A stretch of 64,000 nucleotides of DNA from an uncultured Flavobacteriaceae bacterium (GCA_963934855.1 CAWWAC010000006.1:3188-67187), one strand, 5' to 3'; shown: positions 45,438 to 54,816, counted from the stretch's first letter. Notes: generated by a model from the sequence alone, not told the origin. Translations and numbers: made by a program.

Positions 45438-46326
45438 TTTATTAGCCATTACTGTGCTACTAATCTCTAGTATGCCTATAAAAGGACAAGGGGTAGTTTC
45501 TAAAGAAATAGAGGCTGGAACAGATTTAAAAGTTAATGCTAAAAAAATTATTACTGCTCAAAACCTCACCTATCAGGGAAACCAATCTATTTCAAAAGAC
45601 AATTTTGTAGAGGCAGAAAGCGCCTATAGAAAAGCCATAGGCACAAATCCAGCAGACGCTACCCCTGCCTTTAATCTAGGAAGTTCTTTTTACAATAACC
45701 AATCTTATAAAGAGGCTTTAAGCCCCTTAAAAAAAGCAGCTTCTGTAGCTAAAACACAGGAAGAAAAACACGCTGTATTTCACAATATAGGGAATGTCTT
45801 TATGAAAAATAAAGAGTACGAAAAAGCAGTAGCCGCATATAAAGAAGCCTTGAGAAATAATCCTATAGACAACCAAACTAGGTACAACCTGGCCATAGCA
45901 AAAGAAATGCTTAAAAAAGATCAGCAGGATAAAGATAAAGACAAAGAAAAGCAGGAGAAGAAAGAGCCTGAGGACTCTAAGGATCAGGAAAAAAAAGACA
46001 ATAAAGACAAAGAGGGGGATCAGAAAAAAGACAAAGAGGGAGATCCAGATAAGGGTGATGGAGATCAGAAAGACAAGGATGGTGAGCCTAAAGACCCCTC
46101 TGAAAAAGAAGAACAGAAAAAAGGTGAGGGAGATCAAAAAAAAGAGACGCCTCAAAAGCCAAAGGAAGACCTTTCGCAAGCTCCTCCAGAAAGAAAAAGC
46201 CAACTATCCCCCCAACAGGTAGAGAACCTTTTAGAAGCCATGCAAAATGCAGAAAAAAAGTCACAAGAAAAATTAGAAGCTAAAAAAGTAAAGGGAGTTC
46301 CTGTAAAAACTAAAAAAGATTGGTAA
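45421..46326 (+). CDS. batC: TPR-repeat protein with K/D/E-rich low-complexity tail (BatC-like)
   Basis: Signal peptide MKKICSLLAITVLLISSMPIKGQG. TPR-like repeats (AESAYRKAIGTNPADA..., AVAAYKEALRNNP). About 90 aa of KDKEKQEKK-type sequence. The start overlaps the batB end by 17 nt, with an alternative ATG at 45409. Confidence 0.85.
   Translation: MKKICSLLAITVLLISSMPIKGQGVVSKEIEAGTDLKVNAKKIITAQNLTYQGNQSISKDNFVEAESAYRKAIGTNPADATPAFNLGSSFYNNQSYKEALSPLKKAASVAKTQEEKHAVFHNIGNVFMKNKEYEKAVAAYKEALRNNPIDNQTRYNLAIAKEMLKKDQQDKDKDKEKQEKKEPEDSKDQEKKDNKDKEGDQKKDKEGDPDKGDGDQKDKDGEPKDPSEKEEQKKGEGDQKKETPQKPKEDLSQAPPERKSQLSPQQVENLLEAMQNAEKKSQEKLEAKKVKGVPVKTKKDW
45913..46170 (+). repeat. Polypurine, low-complexity coding tract (K/D/E-rich tail of BatC-like protein)
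   Basis: About 260 nt almost entirely A/G on the plus strand with imperfect internal repeats (gacaaagagggggatcagaaaaaa / gacaaagagggagatccagataag). It encodes KDKDKEKQEKK... Confidence 0.7.
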
Positions 46327-48128
46327 TGTCCTTAATTACAAAATCATATATGAGTCTTTTTATTGCCCTAGCTAGTGTATGGGCCTTAAGAGGCTATACT
46401 CCTGTACAAGAGGCTGTCAGTTTTAAAATGATCCTCAGTAAAAGTGCCATGGGTATTAATGAGAGAATTAGGGTAGACTTTGTAATGAACAAAGATGGAG
46501 ATAACTTCAATCCTCCCTCCTTTCAGGGATTTAGAGTGGTGATGGGCCCCTCGCAAGCCACTAGCTTTTCTTGGGTTAATGGTGTGAAAAGTTTTTCTAA
46601 AACTTTTTCATACACCATTGCGCCTCTAGAAAAAGGTGCCTTTACAATTGGTCAAGCTACTATTGATATTGACGGAAACTCCTACAAAACAATTCCAGAA
46701 AAAGTGACCGTTACTGACGCTGTTAAAAAGCCAAGTGAAGACATGACTGCAGAAGATGTGGCCAACGAAAGCCTCCACTTAGTAGCTGAAGTTTCCAATC
46801 AAAATCCGTATTTAAATGAAATGGTTACGGTGGTCTACAAACTATATGTAGGTCCAGACATTAGCGTCACCAACTTTAGAGCCCTTGACAATCCTACTTA
46901 CAACAATTTCTGGAACCAAGACATTGCGGTAACAAAGTACACCTTTGAATCTGGTTCATATGAAGGAATAGCCTCTCAGTACGTGGTTTTAAAAAGAGTG
47001 GTGTTATACCCTCAAAAATCTGGTGAACTCTCTATAGAGCCTCTTGTTTTAGATGTAACTGCAGAAGTCCCCACTAACAGAAGAGATTTTTTTGGTGGCA
47101 GGCTTTTTGCACAAACCAATAAAACAGTCACAGCAGGTAAGAGAACTATACAGGTAAAAGCCTTGCCAGAGTCTGGAAAACCTGAGTCTTTTTCAGGAGC
47201 AGTAGGTTCCTTTGACCTCTTTGTGACAAGTTCAAAAGATATCTTAAACGCCAATGAGTCTTTACAAGCTATAGTAACAGTAAAAGGGAGTGGGAACTTA
47301 AAGCTCTTTACACTCCCTGAACTTAAATTACCTGCTGCCTTAGAAGTGTATGATCCAGAATTTAATGAAGCGGTTACTACCAATCAGTCTGGGATGAAAG
47401 GGAAAATCAGTAACAACTATACTATTATACCTGCTTTTAAAGGAAAATATCCCATACCAGAAATAAGTTTCAGCTATTTTGATCCAAACTTAGAAAAATA
47501 CATCAGCCTACAATCTGAACCCATCATTATTAATGTTATTGAGGGGCCTTTACAAACAAACGAAAAGGCAAAAGAAGAAAATTCAGAAAAAGCCTCTGTA
47601 AACAAACAAGCTTTAACTGTTTCACAGCAGGCGTTTGGATTTATAAAAACAAATACCTCTCTAGTTAAAAAAACTCAAAAACCCTTTTTTAGTAGCTTGC
47701 TTTTCTATGTACTCTGGCTACTACCCTTGCTGCTTATTCCCTTAGTGGTGTTTCTGATTAAAAAACAAAGAGAAAAACAAGGAGACTTAGTAGGTTTGTT
47801 AAGTAAAAGAGCTCAAAGATTGGCTGCAAAATTCTTGTCAGAAGCCAAACAGGCAAGAGGGAATAAAGAAGATTTTTATGTGGCTCTAGAAAAGGGTCTC
47901 CAATTGTACCTGAAAGGAAAGTTGCAAATTGAAACGGCAGATTTTAACAAAGAAAATATTACCCTAGTGTTTGAGGCTAGGAAGGTTAAACAGGATAGCA
48001 TTCAGTCATTTATATTGTTATTAGAACACTGTGAGGCAGCCAGATACAGTCCCTTTACAGCTGTAGAAATAACTGCAGACTATCAAGAGGCCATAAAAAC
48101 TATTAGTGAATTAGACAGCCAATTATAA
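46326..48128 (+). CDS. batD: BatD-family (oxygen-tolerance) protein
   Basis: About 600 aa. N-terminal signal, long beta-rich ectodomain, and a single C-terminal TM (LLFYVLWLLPLLLIPLVVFLI) followed by a KKQREKQ cytoplasmic tail. The ATG overlaps the batC stop (TAATG). Confidence 0.85.
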   Translation: MSLITKSYMSLFIALASVWALRGYTPVQEAVSFKMILSKSAMGINERIRVDFVMNKDGDNFNPPSFQGFRVVMGPSQATSFSWVNGVKSFSKTFSYTIAPLEKGAFTIGQATIDIDGNSYKTIPEKVTVTDAVKKPSEDMTAEDVANESLHLVAEVSNQNPYLNEMVTVVYKLYVGPDISVTNFRALDNPTYNNFWNQDIAVTKYTFESGSYEGIASQYVVLKRVVLYPQKSGELSIEPLVLDVTAEVPTNRRDFFGGRLFAQTNKTVTAGKRTIQVKALPESGKPESFSGAVGSFDLFVTSSKDILNANESLQAIVTVKGSGNLKLFTLPELKLPAALEVYDPEFNEAVTTNQSGMKGKISNNYTIIPAFKGKYPIPEISFSYFDPNLEKYISLQSEPIIINVIEGPLQTNEKAKEENSEKASVNKQALTVSQQAFGFIKTNTSLVKKTQKPFFSSLLFYVLWLLPLLLIPLVVFLIKKQREKQGDLVGLLSKRAQRLAAKFLSEAKQARGNKEDFYVALEKGLQLYLKGKLQIETADFNKENITLVFEARKVKQDSIQSFILLLEHCEAARYSPFTAVEITADYQEAIKTISELDSQL

Positions 48129-48131
48129 GTC

Positions 48132-48911
48132 ATGAAAAAGTATATGAAAATATTTTTATTGTTATGGTGCTTGGGAGCAAGTCTTTCTCTAATTGCGGCA
48201 TCACAAACAGAAGATGAAATCTCTTTTTTTAATGCAGCCACCAAGGCCTACAATGAGGCAAATTATAAATTGGCCATAGATTATTACGAGAAAATTTTAG
48301 AAGACGGCTACCACAGTGCATCCCTTTACTACAATATGGGGAATGCTTATTACAAGCAAAATAAGATTGGTCAAAGCATTTATTATTTTGAAAAAGCCTT
48401 GCTGCTTGAACCCACAGATACAGAGGTGCTTAAAAACTTAGGATTTGCACAAAAAATGACCATAGACGCTATCCCTACTAAAGAAGAAAACGGACTAGGA
48501 AGAACCTATGAACAATTTATTTCTCAATACAGCCTCCACTTTTGGAGCCTACTAGCTATTGGTACTATGATGCTAGGTGTTTTCTCATATCTTTTTTATT
48601 ATGTAGCCAGAGATCCCAAGCAAAAAAGAGTGGGGTTTTCTCTTTCCTTGTTATTATTAATATTTTCAGTGCTAAGCTATACCAATGGGTTCTTTTTAGA
48701 AGCGTCTCACAGTGAAGATAATCCAGCCATTATTTTTGAAACGGCCAAGGTACTTTCAGAGCCAAATAATTTAGGTATTCAAGTCTTTGAACTTCATGAA
48801 GGCACTAAAGTACAAGTACTAGAATCATTTGAAAGCTGGAAGAAAGTTCAAATTTCAGAAGGTCAGAAAGGTTGGCTCAAGGAAAAGCAACTTAAATTAT
48901 TAAAAGACTAA
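48132..48911 (+). CDS. batE: TPR plus SH3b-domain membrane protein (BatE-like)
   Basis: Signal peptide and TPR repeats (YNMGNAYYKQNKIGQSIYYFEKALLLEP). Two TM helices. C-terminal SH3b-like segment (VLSEPNN...GTKVQVLESFESWKKVQISEGQKGWL). Confidence 0.85.
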   Translation: MKKYMKIFLLLWCLGASLSLIAASQTEDEISFFNAATKAYNEANYKLAIDYYEKILEDGYHSASLYYNMGNAYYKQNKIGQSIYYFEKALLLEPTDTEVLKNLGFAQKMTIDAIPTKEENGLGRTYEQFISQYSLHFWSLLAIGTMMLGVFSYLFYYVARDPKQKRVGFSLSLLLLIFSVLSYTNGFFLEASHSEDNPAIIFETAKVLSEPNNLGIQVFELHEGTKVQVLESFESWKKVQISEGQKGWLKEKQLKLLKD

Positions 48912-48965
48912 AAAAGGATTTAAATATTTTATGGCAATCATATTAACATTTTATGCATCTTTGTA

Positions 48966-49283
48966 ATGTTGCTTTATTCAAAAAACATACGGGCTTTTAT
49001 TTCAGGAATTTTATTCCTCTGGACTCTTTTTGCCATTCTCCCAAGCATCGTTATTTATTCCTCAAATAATATTGAAAAACATTTTTCTAATGGAAATCTA
49101 GAGGGAGAACCTCACCAAGAAGAAGAAAAACAAGAATTTAAAAAAGAGTGTTTTTCTTCTCATTTAAATAGAGAATTTAAAATATTATCAAACACTAATA
49201 ACAACAAAATTATCTTTAATATCCTAGATTTTTATAACTCTCCTACCCATGACATTGTGGTGCCTCCGCCTAAGAAATGTTAA
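48966..49283 (+). CDS. Hypothetical small membrane protein (105 aa)
   Basis: ATG-initiated ORF 54 nt after batE with no intervening terminator. One N-terminal TM helix (AFISGILFLWTLFAILPSIVIY). The rest is low-complexity and N-rich. Coding status is uncertain. Confidence 0.4.
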   Translation: MLLYSKNIRAFISGILFLWTLFAILPSIVIYSSNNIEKHFSNGNLEGEPHQEEEKQEFKKECFSSHLNREFKILSNTNNNKIIFNILDFYNSPTHDIVVPPPKKC

Positions 49284-49422
49284 ATCTATTTTAATTAAAA
49301 CAACTTGCTTTTCAAAATATAAAAAGTGGTGCACCTATTTAAATGTGTCAATTTTTTTATGTCATTACAATGAAATTGAAAATAAAAGTGTTAAGTAATC
49401 ATCACGAATCTTAATAAAAAAC

Positions 49423-50049
49423 ATGGATTTAAACAAAGTATTTGAAAATAATGAAGCGTGGGTAAAAGAGAAGCTCTCCACTGATAAAAATTATTTTAAG
49501 GAATTAGGAAAAGGACAAAGTCCAGAATTATTATATATAGGGTGCTCAGATTCTCGCGTCACCACAGAAGGCCTAATGGGCTTAGCTCCCGGAGAGGTGT
49601 TTGTACACAGAAATATTGCTAATATGGTCATTAGCATAGACCTGAATGTCATGTCTGTGGTAAATTATGCCGTAGATCATTTAAAAGTAAAACATATAGT
49701 AGTCTGTGGGCATTATGCCTGCGGGGGGGTAAAAGCAGCTATGCAATCTGCAGATTTAGGCATTTTAAACCCTTGGCTTAGAAATATTAGGGATGTATAC
49801 CGCATTCACAGAAAAGAGTTAGATAGCATAGTAGATGAAGAACTCAAATACGACCGCCTTGTTGAACTAAACGTTCAAGAACAGTGTATAAACCTTATAA
49901 AAACGGCAGCAATTCAAAAAGCAGCAAGAAACAGGGGTCTAAAAGTACACGGCTGGGTTTTTGATATACATACTGGAAGGCTCATAGATCTAAAAATAGA
50001 CTTTGAAGGTATTTTAACAAATATCATGGAAATCTACCACCTAGATTAA
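49423..50049 (+). CDS. Beta-class carbonic anhydrase
   Basis: Zinc-ligand motifs CSDSR and HxxCGG (GHYACGGV). 208 aa. Confidence 0.92.
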   Translation: MDLNKVFENNEAWVKEKLSTDKNYFKELGKGQSPELLYIGCSDSRVTTEGLMGLAPGEVFVHRNIANMVISIDLNVMSVVNYAVDHLKVKHIVVCGHYACGGVKAAMQSADLGILNPWLRNIRDVYRIHRKELDSIVDEELKYDRLVELNVQEQCINLIKTAAIQKAARNRGLKVHGWVFDIHTGRLIDLKIDFEGILTNIMEIYHLD

Positions 50050-50120
50050 AGCTTTACCAAACTCCACTATAAACATCTAGTCACCTGCCAGAGGTAGCTG
50101 ACTTTCTATTTCTATAAAAA

Positions 50121-51965
50121 ATGAAAAATACTATTTTTAAAAATATCAAAGGAGATCTTTTTGGAGGAATTACAGCAGGGATTGTAGCCCTACCTCTAGC
50201 ACTGGCTTTTGGAGTCTCATCTGGTCTTGGTCCAGATGCTGGTTTATACGGCGCCATTTTTATAGGTGTTTTTGCCGCTATTTTTGGCGGAACCTCCACA
50301 CAAATTAGTGGGCCAACAGCTCCCATGACTGCCATGAGTTTGTTGGTAGTCTCTGGAATAGTGGCTAGTAATAACGGAGACATTTCTAAAGCACTCCCTA
50401 TTATTCTTGCCGTATTTTTATTGGCAGGACTCATACAAATTACACTTGGAATAAGTGGCATAGGAAAATATATTAGGTATATTCCCTATCCGGTGGTATC
50501 TGGATTTATGACCGCTATTGGAGTGATTATAATCATCACTCAATTACTGCCTAGTTTAGGGTATTCGCCTAAGGATGATCTTCAATACGTCAATAGATTT
50601 AAGGCCCAAGCAGAAGAAGTCTTACTGGAAAAAATATTAAAAGATGAAGCCGACCAAGGATATTTAGTCTTAGAAGATTTTACTGAAACTCAAAAAAGAG
50701 CAGCGCTAGTAAGTCCCCAAGACATACAAGTAGAAGCGCAACTATTAGCTAAAGATCAAGCCAAAACAGTTTGGGGTACTCTAAAGGTGTTGCCAAACGC
50801 ACTTAAAAATATTAATTATTTAGAATTAGCGCTGGCGGTGGGGACCATCTTTATTATATTTGGTTTTAAACGCATTACAACAGCAGTACCTAGCACCTTA
50901 ATAGCACTGCTTGTTGTCTCTGGAATTGCAGTGGGCTTTAATTTAAACTACCTCACCATTGCAGCCATTCCTCAAGGTTTTCCCATGCCACACTTAGAGT
51001 TATTTACGGCCTTTGAACTAAGTGCTCTAGCACCCTATATCTTTACGGCCCTGTCGTTAGCCCTATTAGGTGCTATTGACTCTTTGCTGACCTCTGTAGT
51101 GGCAGACAATATGACTAAAACCAAGCACCAGCCCAACAAAGAACTTATTGGCCAAGGAATAGGAAACAGTGTAGCAGCAGTATTTGGCGGTATTCCAGGT
51201 GCAGGAGCTACCATTAGAACAGTGGTTAATATTAATGCAGGAGGTAAAACAAGGCTGTCTGGCGTCATAGCGGGAATTTTATTATTGGTTGTTTTATTAG
51301 TCTTAGGGCCCATAGCCTCTAAAATACCAGCAGCAGTCTTAGCAGGAATTCTCATCACTGTAGGAATTGGAGTAATGGATTATAAAGGCCTAAGAGCCAT
51401 CCCTTATATTCCACGCTCAGAAGTTGCTATTATGTTACTAGTGATGATCTTATCTGTCTTTTGGGACTTAGTAAGCGCTGTAGGAATTGGTTTGGTATTG
51501 GCTTCCCTAATTTTTATGAAAAAAATGGGTGATGTCACCGCGGAGGAATCTAATATTGAAAGGCTAGAATCTTCTATAGACAGCTCCTGGGAAGACGAAA
51601 AAACACTCCCTAAAAATCTATTAGAAAAAGTATTTATAAAACACCTAAATGGTCCGGTCTTTTTTGGTGCTACTAGTGAATTACAAGCCCTGTCTCTTCA
51701 AATTCCAAAAGAGGCAAGCGCCGTAATTATAAGGATGGAGAAGGTCCCCTATCTAGACCAATCTGGTTTGTATACCTTAGAAGACATTACGCTCAATTTA
51801 AGGCAGAAAGATATACAAGTATTATTTGTAGGGGTTCAAAAACAACCCCTCTATTTACTAAAAAAAATTAAAATAGTACCAGACCTCATTCCAGCAAAAG
51901 ATATTTATAAGTATTTTACAGATTGTGTAAAAGACCTGAGCGCTTTTAAAGAAGAAAGGCTTTAG
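50121..51965 (+). CDS. SulP-family anion (possibly bicarbonate) transporter with STAS domain and enlarged hydrophilic loop
   Basis: 614 aa. SulP N-terminal pattern (GGITAGIVALPLALAFGVSSG...GGTSTQISGPTAPM). C-terminal STAS-like domain. An ~85-aa hydrophilic segment at codons ~148-232 has no counterpart in the paralogue at 24695-26221. Confidence 0.9.
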   Translation: MKNTIFKNIKGDLFGGITAGIVALPLALAFGVSSGLGPDAGLYGAIFIGVFAAIFGGTSTQISGPTAPMTAMSLLVVSGIVASNNGDISKALPIILAVFLLAGLIQITLGISGIGKYIRYIPYPVVSGFMTAIGVIIIITQLLPSLGYSPKDDLQYVNRFKAQAEEVLLEKILKDEADQGYLVLEDFTETQKRAALVSPQDIQVEAQLLAKDQAKTVWGTLKVLPNALKNINYLELALAVGTIFIIFGFKRITTAVPSTLIALLVVSGIAVGFNLNYLTIAAIPQGFPMPHLELFTAFELSALAPYIFTALSLALLGAIDSLLTSVVADNMTKTKHQPNKELIGQGIGNSVAAVFGGIPGAGATIRTVVNINAGGKTRLSGVIAGILLLVVLLVLGPIASKIPAAVLAGILITVGIGVMDYKGLRAIPYIPRSEVAIMLLVMILSVFWDLVSAVGIGLVLASLIFMKKMGDVTAEESNIERLESSIDSSWEDEKTLPKNLLEKVFIKHLNGPVFFGATSELQALSLQIPKEASAVIIRMEKVPYLDQSGLYTLEDITLNLRQKDIQVLFVGVQKQPLYLLKKIKIVPDLIPAKDIYKYFTDCVKDLSAFKEERL

Positions 51966-51982
51966 GGTTCGTTGGAATATAT

Positions 51983-51990
51983 TAAATTTG
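51983..51990 (+). promoter_or_regulatory. -7 promoter box (TAAATTTG) upstream of pheS
   Basis: Exact TAnnTTTG, 43 nt upstream of the ATG at 52033. Confidence 0.35.
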
Positions 51991-52032
51991 TGATCTTAAT
52001 CTCTTGTGCAAAATGCACAATATGACTTAGCC

Positions 52033-53052
52033 ATGGTAGATCAATTAAAAAAACATTTAGAAACAATAGCCGCATTTCACTCTAAAGATTTGGCGGCAAT
52101 TGAATCTTTTAGAATAGCGTATTTAGGGAAAAAAGGGGTTTTAACAGATTTGTTTGCCGCTTTTAAAAAGGTGCCTAATGAAGAGAAAAAAGCCTTTGGC
52201 CAACTGCTTAATGAACTTAAAGAAGCGGCTACTGAAAAAATAAATTCTCTTAAAGAAACCTTAGAAGAAGGTCAAACTAAAGTAGGTGTTTATGGAGATT
52301 TAACAAGGCCTGGAGCCCCTATTGCTCTGGGTTCAAGACATCCAATTTCTCTGGTTAAAAACCAAATCATTGAAATCTTTTCAAGAATAGGGTTTAATGT
52401 ATCTGAAGGACCAGAAATGGAAGATGATTGGCATAATTTTACAGCCTTAAACCTCCCAGAATACCATCCTGCTAGAGATATGCAGGACACCTTTTTCATT
52501 CAAACAAATCCAGACATATTATTGAGAACTCATACTTCATCTGTTCAGGTGAGGTATATGGAAAACAATACCCCTCCCATTAGAACCATCTCTCCAGGAA
52601 GGGTTTTTAGAAATGAAGCTATTTCTGCAAGGTCACACTGTTTTTTTCACCAAGTAGAAGGTTTGTACATAGATAAAGATGTTTCCTTTGCAGATTTAAA
52701 ACAAACCCTTCAATTTTTTACAGAGTCCCTATTTGGAAAGTCTAAAATTAGATTGAGGCCCTCTTATTTTCCTTTTACTGAACCCAGCGCGGAGGTAGAC
52801 GTTTATTGGGGATTAGAAACAGAAACAGACTATAAAATGACTAAGGGAACCGGCTGGTTAGAAATCATGGGGTGTGGAATGGTAGACCCCAATGTATTAA
52901 AAAATTGCGGCATTGATCCTCAAGAATACTCTGGCTTTGCATTTGGAATGGGAATAGACAGAATTGCCTTACTCCTTCACCAAATTTCTGATATTAGGCT
53001 TTTGAGTGAAAATGATATTAGGTTTCTCTCTCAATTCAAAAGTGCCTTCTAG
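52033..53052 (+). CDS. pheS: Phenylalanine--tRNA ligase alpha subunit
   Basis: Class II aaRS motifs (HPARDMQDTFF, FRNEAISARSH, GFAFGMGIDRIA). ATG at 52033 (MVDQLKKHLE) is preferred over the GTG at 52006. Confidence 0.95.
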   Translation: MVDQLKKHLETIAAFHSKDLAAIESFRIAYLGKKGVLTDLFAAFKKVPNEEKKAFGQLLNELKEAATEKINSLKETLEEGQTKVGVYGDLTRPGAPIALGSRHPISLVKNQIIEIFSRIGFNVSEGPEMEDDWHNFTALNLPEYHPARDMQDTFFIQTNPDILLRTHTSSVQVRYMENNTPPIRTISPGRVFRNEAISARSHCFFHQVEGLYIDKDVSFADLKQTLQFFTESLFGKSKIRLRPSYFPFTEPSAEVDVYWGLETETDYKMTKGTGWLEIMGCGMVDPNVLKNCGIDPQEYSGFAFGMGIDRIALLLHQISDIRLLSENDIRFLSQFKSAF

Positions 53053-53158
53053 GATATAAATCAGTCATTTTTAGATTAAAAAGCATTTTAAAAATATTTT
53101 CAGTCTCTCTAATAAGCTGAGTTTGTGAGTTAAAAATTTTTAATGTTGGCCATAGGCC

Positions 53159-53626
53159 CTACCATTTTGTAAAAGGTTTTTCACTTAAAGAAGCATTGTA
53201 ATAAGCTGTATTACCAGTGACTTCTTCCCCCAACCAGGCTGGCTTTTCAAAACTATCTGTGGCTTGGTTCAATTCAATTTCAGCCACTACCAAACCCTCG
53301 TTAAGCCCTTTAAAAATATCTATTTCAAAAATATGAAAGCCAACAGCTACTTCATACCTTGTTTTTTCAATAATCCCCTCCTTACAAAGTTTTAAAAGGG
53401 CCTTTGCCTCTTCTAAAGAAATATTTTTCTCCCACTCAAATCTTGTAGTTCCGTCACTAGAGCCAATCCCTTTAATGGTAATCCAACCAGAACTGTCAGA
53501 GATCCTAATTCTTACCGTCCTATTGAGGTCTGTGCTTAAAAATCCCTGAGATAATTGAGTGGCACTGCTTGCAGACATAATAAAAGAATGATCCTTCACT
53601 AAAAACTTTCTCTCAATTTCTATCAT
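53159..53626 (-). CDS. CYTH domain-containing protein (triphosphate tunnel metalloenzyme)
   Basis: 155 aa. N-terminal EIERKFLV (ExExK) signature of the CYTH/CyaB-ThTPase family. Confidence 0.8.
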   Translation of the reverse strand: MIEIERKFLVKDHSFIMSASSATQLSQGFLSTDLNRTVRIRISDSSGWITIKGIGSSDGTTRFEWEKNISLEEAKALLKLCKEGIIEKTRYEVAVGFHIFEIDIFKGLNEGLVVAEIELNQATDSFEKPAWLGEEVTGNTAYYNASLSEKPFTKW

Positions 53627-53709
53627 ATAGCATAAAGATAGTAAAGCTTTGTAATTCTGCTTTCACTATTTTTAAAATATACTTTAATTGGTAGTACATT
53701 TGAAAACAG

Positions 53710-54816
53710 ATGAGTTCCCCAACAAAAAGGATATTAGAAAGAAAAATTATCCACATAGACATGGATGCCTTTTTTGCTTCTGTAGAACAGCTAGACCATC
53801 CTGAGCTTCAAGGCAAACCAATTGCAGTAGGGGGTGGAGAAAAAAGAGGCGTGGTAGCAGCCGCTAGCTATGAGGCCAGAAAATTTGGAGTGAAGTCTGC
53901 CATGGCTAGCGCATTGGCTATAAAAAAATGCCCGCAGCTTATTTTTGTCAAACCACGGTTTGAACGTTACAAAGAAATCTCCCTTCAAATTAGAAGTATT
54001 TTTCTATCCTATACAGATTTAGTAGAACCTCTTTCTTTAGATGAGGCTTATTTAGACGTTACAGAAAATAAAAAAGGAAATCCTTCGGCCAGTCTCATGG
54101 CCCAAGAAATTAGAAAAAAGATTTATGAAAAAACAGGACTCACCGCCTCTGCAGGTATTTCCATTAATAAGTTTGTAGCCAAAATTGCAAGTGATTATAA
54201 CAAACCCAATGGTCAAAAAACAATTGCACCAGAAGAAGTACTTCTCTTTTTAGAACAATTAGACATCAGAAAATTCTTTGGTATTGGCCAAGTTACAGCA
54301 GACAAGATGTATGCCATTGGGATATTTACTGGCTTAGATTTAAAATTAAAATCTGAGCTTTTTTTAAGCCAGCAATTTGGCAAAAGCGGGCGCTACTTCT
54401 ATCAAGCAGTTAGGGGTATTCATTTAAGTGAAGTAAAACCACATAGGCTGCAAAAGTCTGTGGGAGCAGAGAGAACTTTTTCTGAAAATATTAGCAGTGA
54501 GGTCTTTTTAAAGGAAAAAATCACTAAAGTTGCAAAAGAGCTCTCTAAAAGATTAGCAACATCTAAGCTAGCAGGTAAAACCATTACACTTAAGCTAAAA
54601 TATTCGGACTTTAACCTTCAAACTAGGTCAAAAACTATTGCTTATTATATTTCAGATGCCCATTTAATAGAAGAGATCGCAAAAGAACTGCTCTATCAAG
54701 AGCCCTTAGAAAACTCGGTGCGTCTATTAGGTATTTCATTGAGTAAACTAAACAATGAAGAAAAAACAAAAAATTCACAGACCCCCATTAGTGTGCAGCT
54801 TTATATAGATTTTTAA
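53710..54816 (+). CDS. dinB: DNA polymerase IV
   Basis: Y-family polymerase motifs (IIHIDMDAFFASVEQ, SLDEAYLDVT, SAGISINKFVAKIASD). 368 aa. Confidence 0.95.
   Translation: MSSPTKRILERKIIHIDMDAFFASVEQLDHPELQGKPIAVGGGEKRGVVAAASYEARKFGVKSAMASALAIKKCPQLIFVKPRFERYKEISLQIRSIFLSYTDLVEPLSLDEAYLDVTENKKGNPSASLMAQEIRKKIYEKTGLTASAGISINKFVAKIASDYNKPNGQKTIAPEEVLLFLEQLDIRKFFGIGQVTADKMYAIGIFTGLDLKLKSELFLSQQFGKSGRYFYQAVRGIHLSEVKPHRLQKSVGAERTFSENISSEVFLKEKITKVAKELSKRLATSKLAGKTITLKLKYSDFNLQTRSKTIAYYISDAHLIEEIAKELLYQEPLENSVRLLGISLSKLNNEEKTKNSQTPISVQLYIDF

Noticed and set aside
45727-46203. 158-aa minus-strand ORF (F/L/I-rich) antisense to the BatC-like gene.
   Set aside because: It is an artefact of the polypurine tract. 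The complement of A/G-rich codons is stop-free T/C-rich sequence. The sense frame has a coherent TPR protein in conserved operon context.
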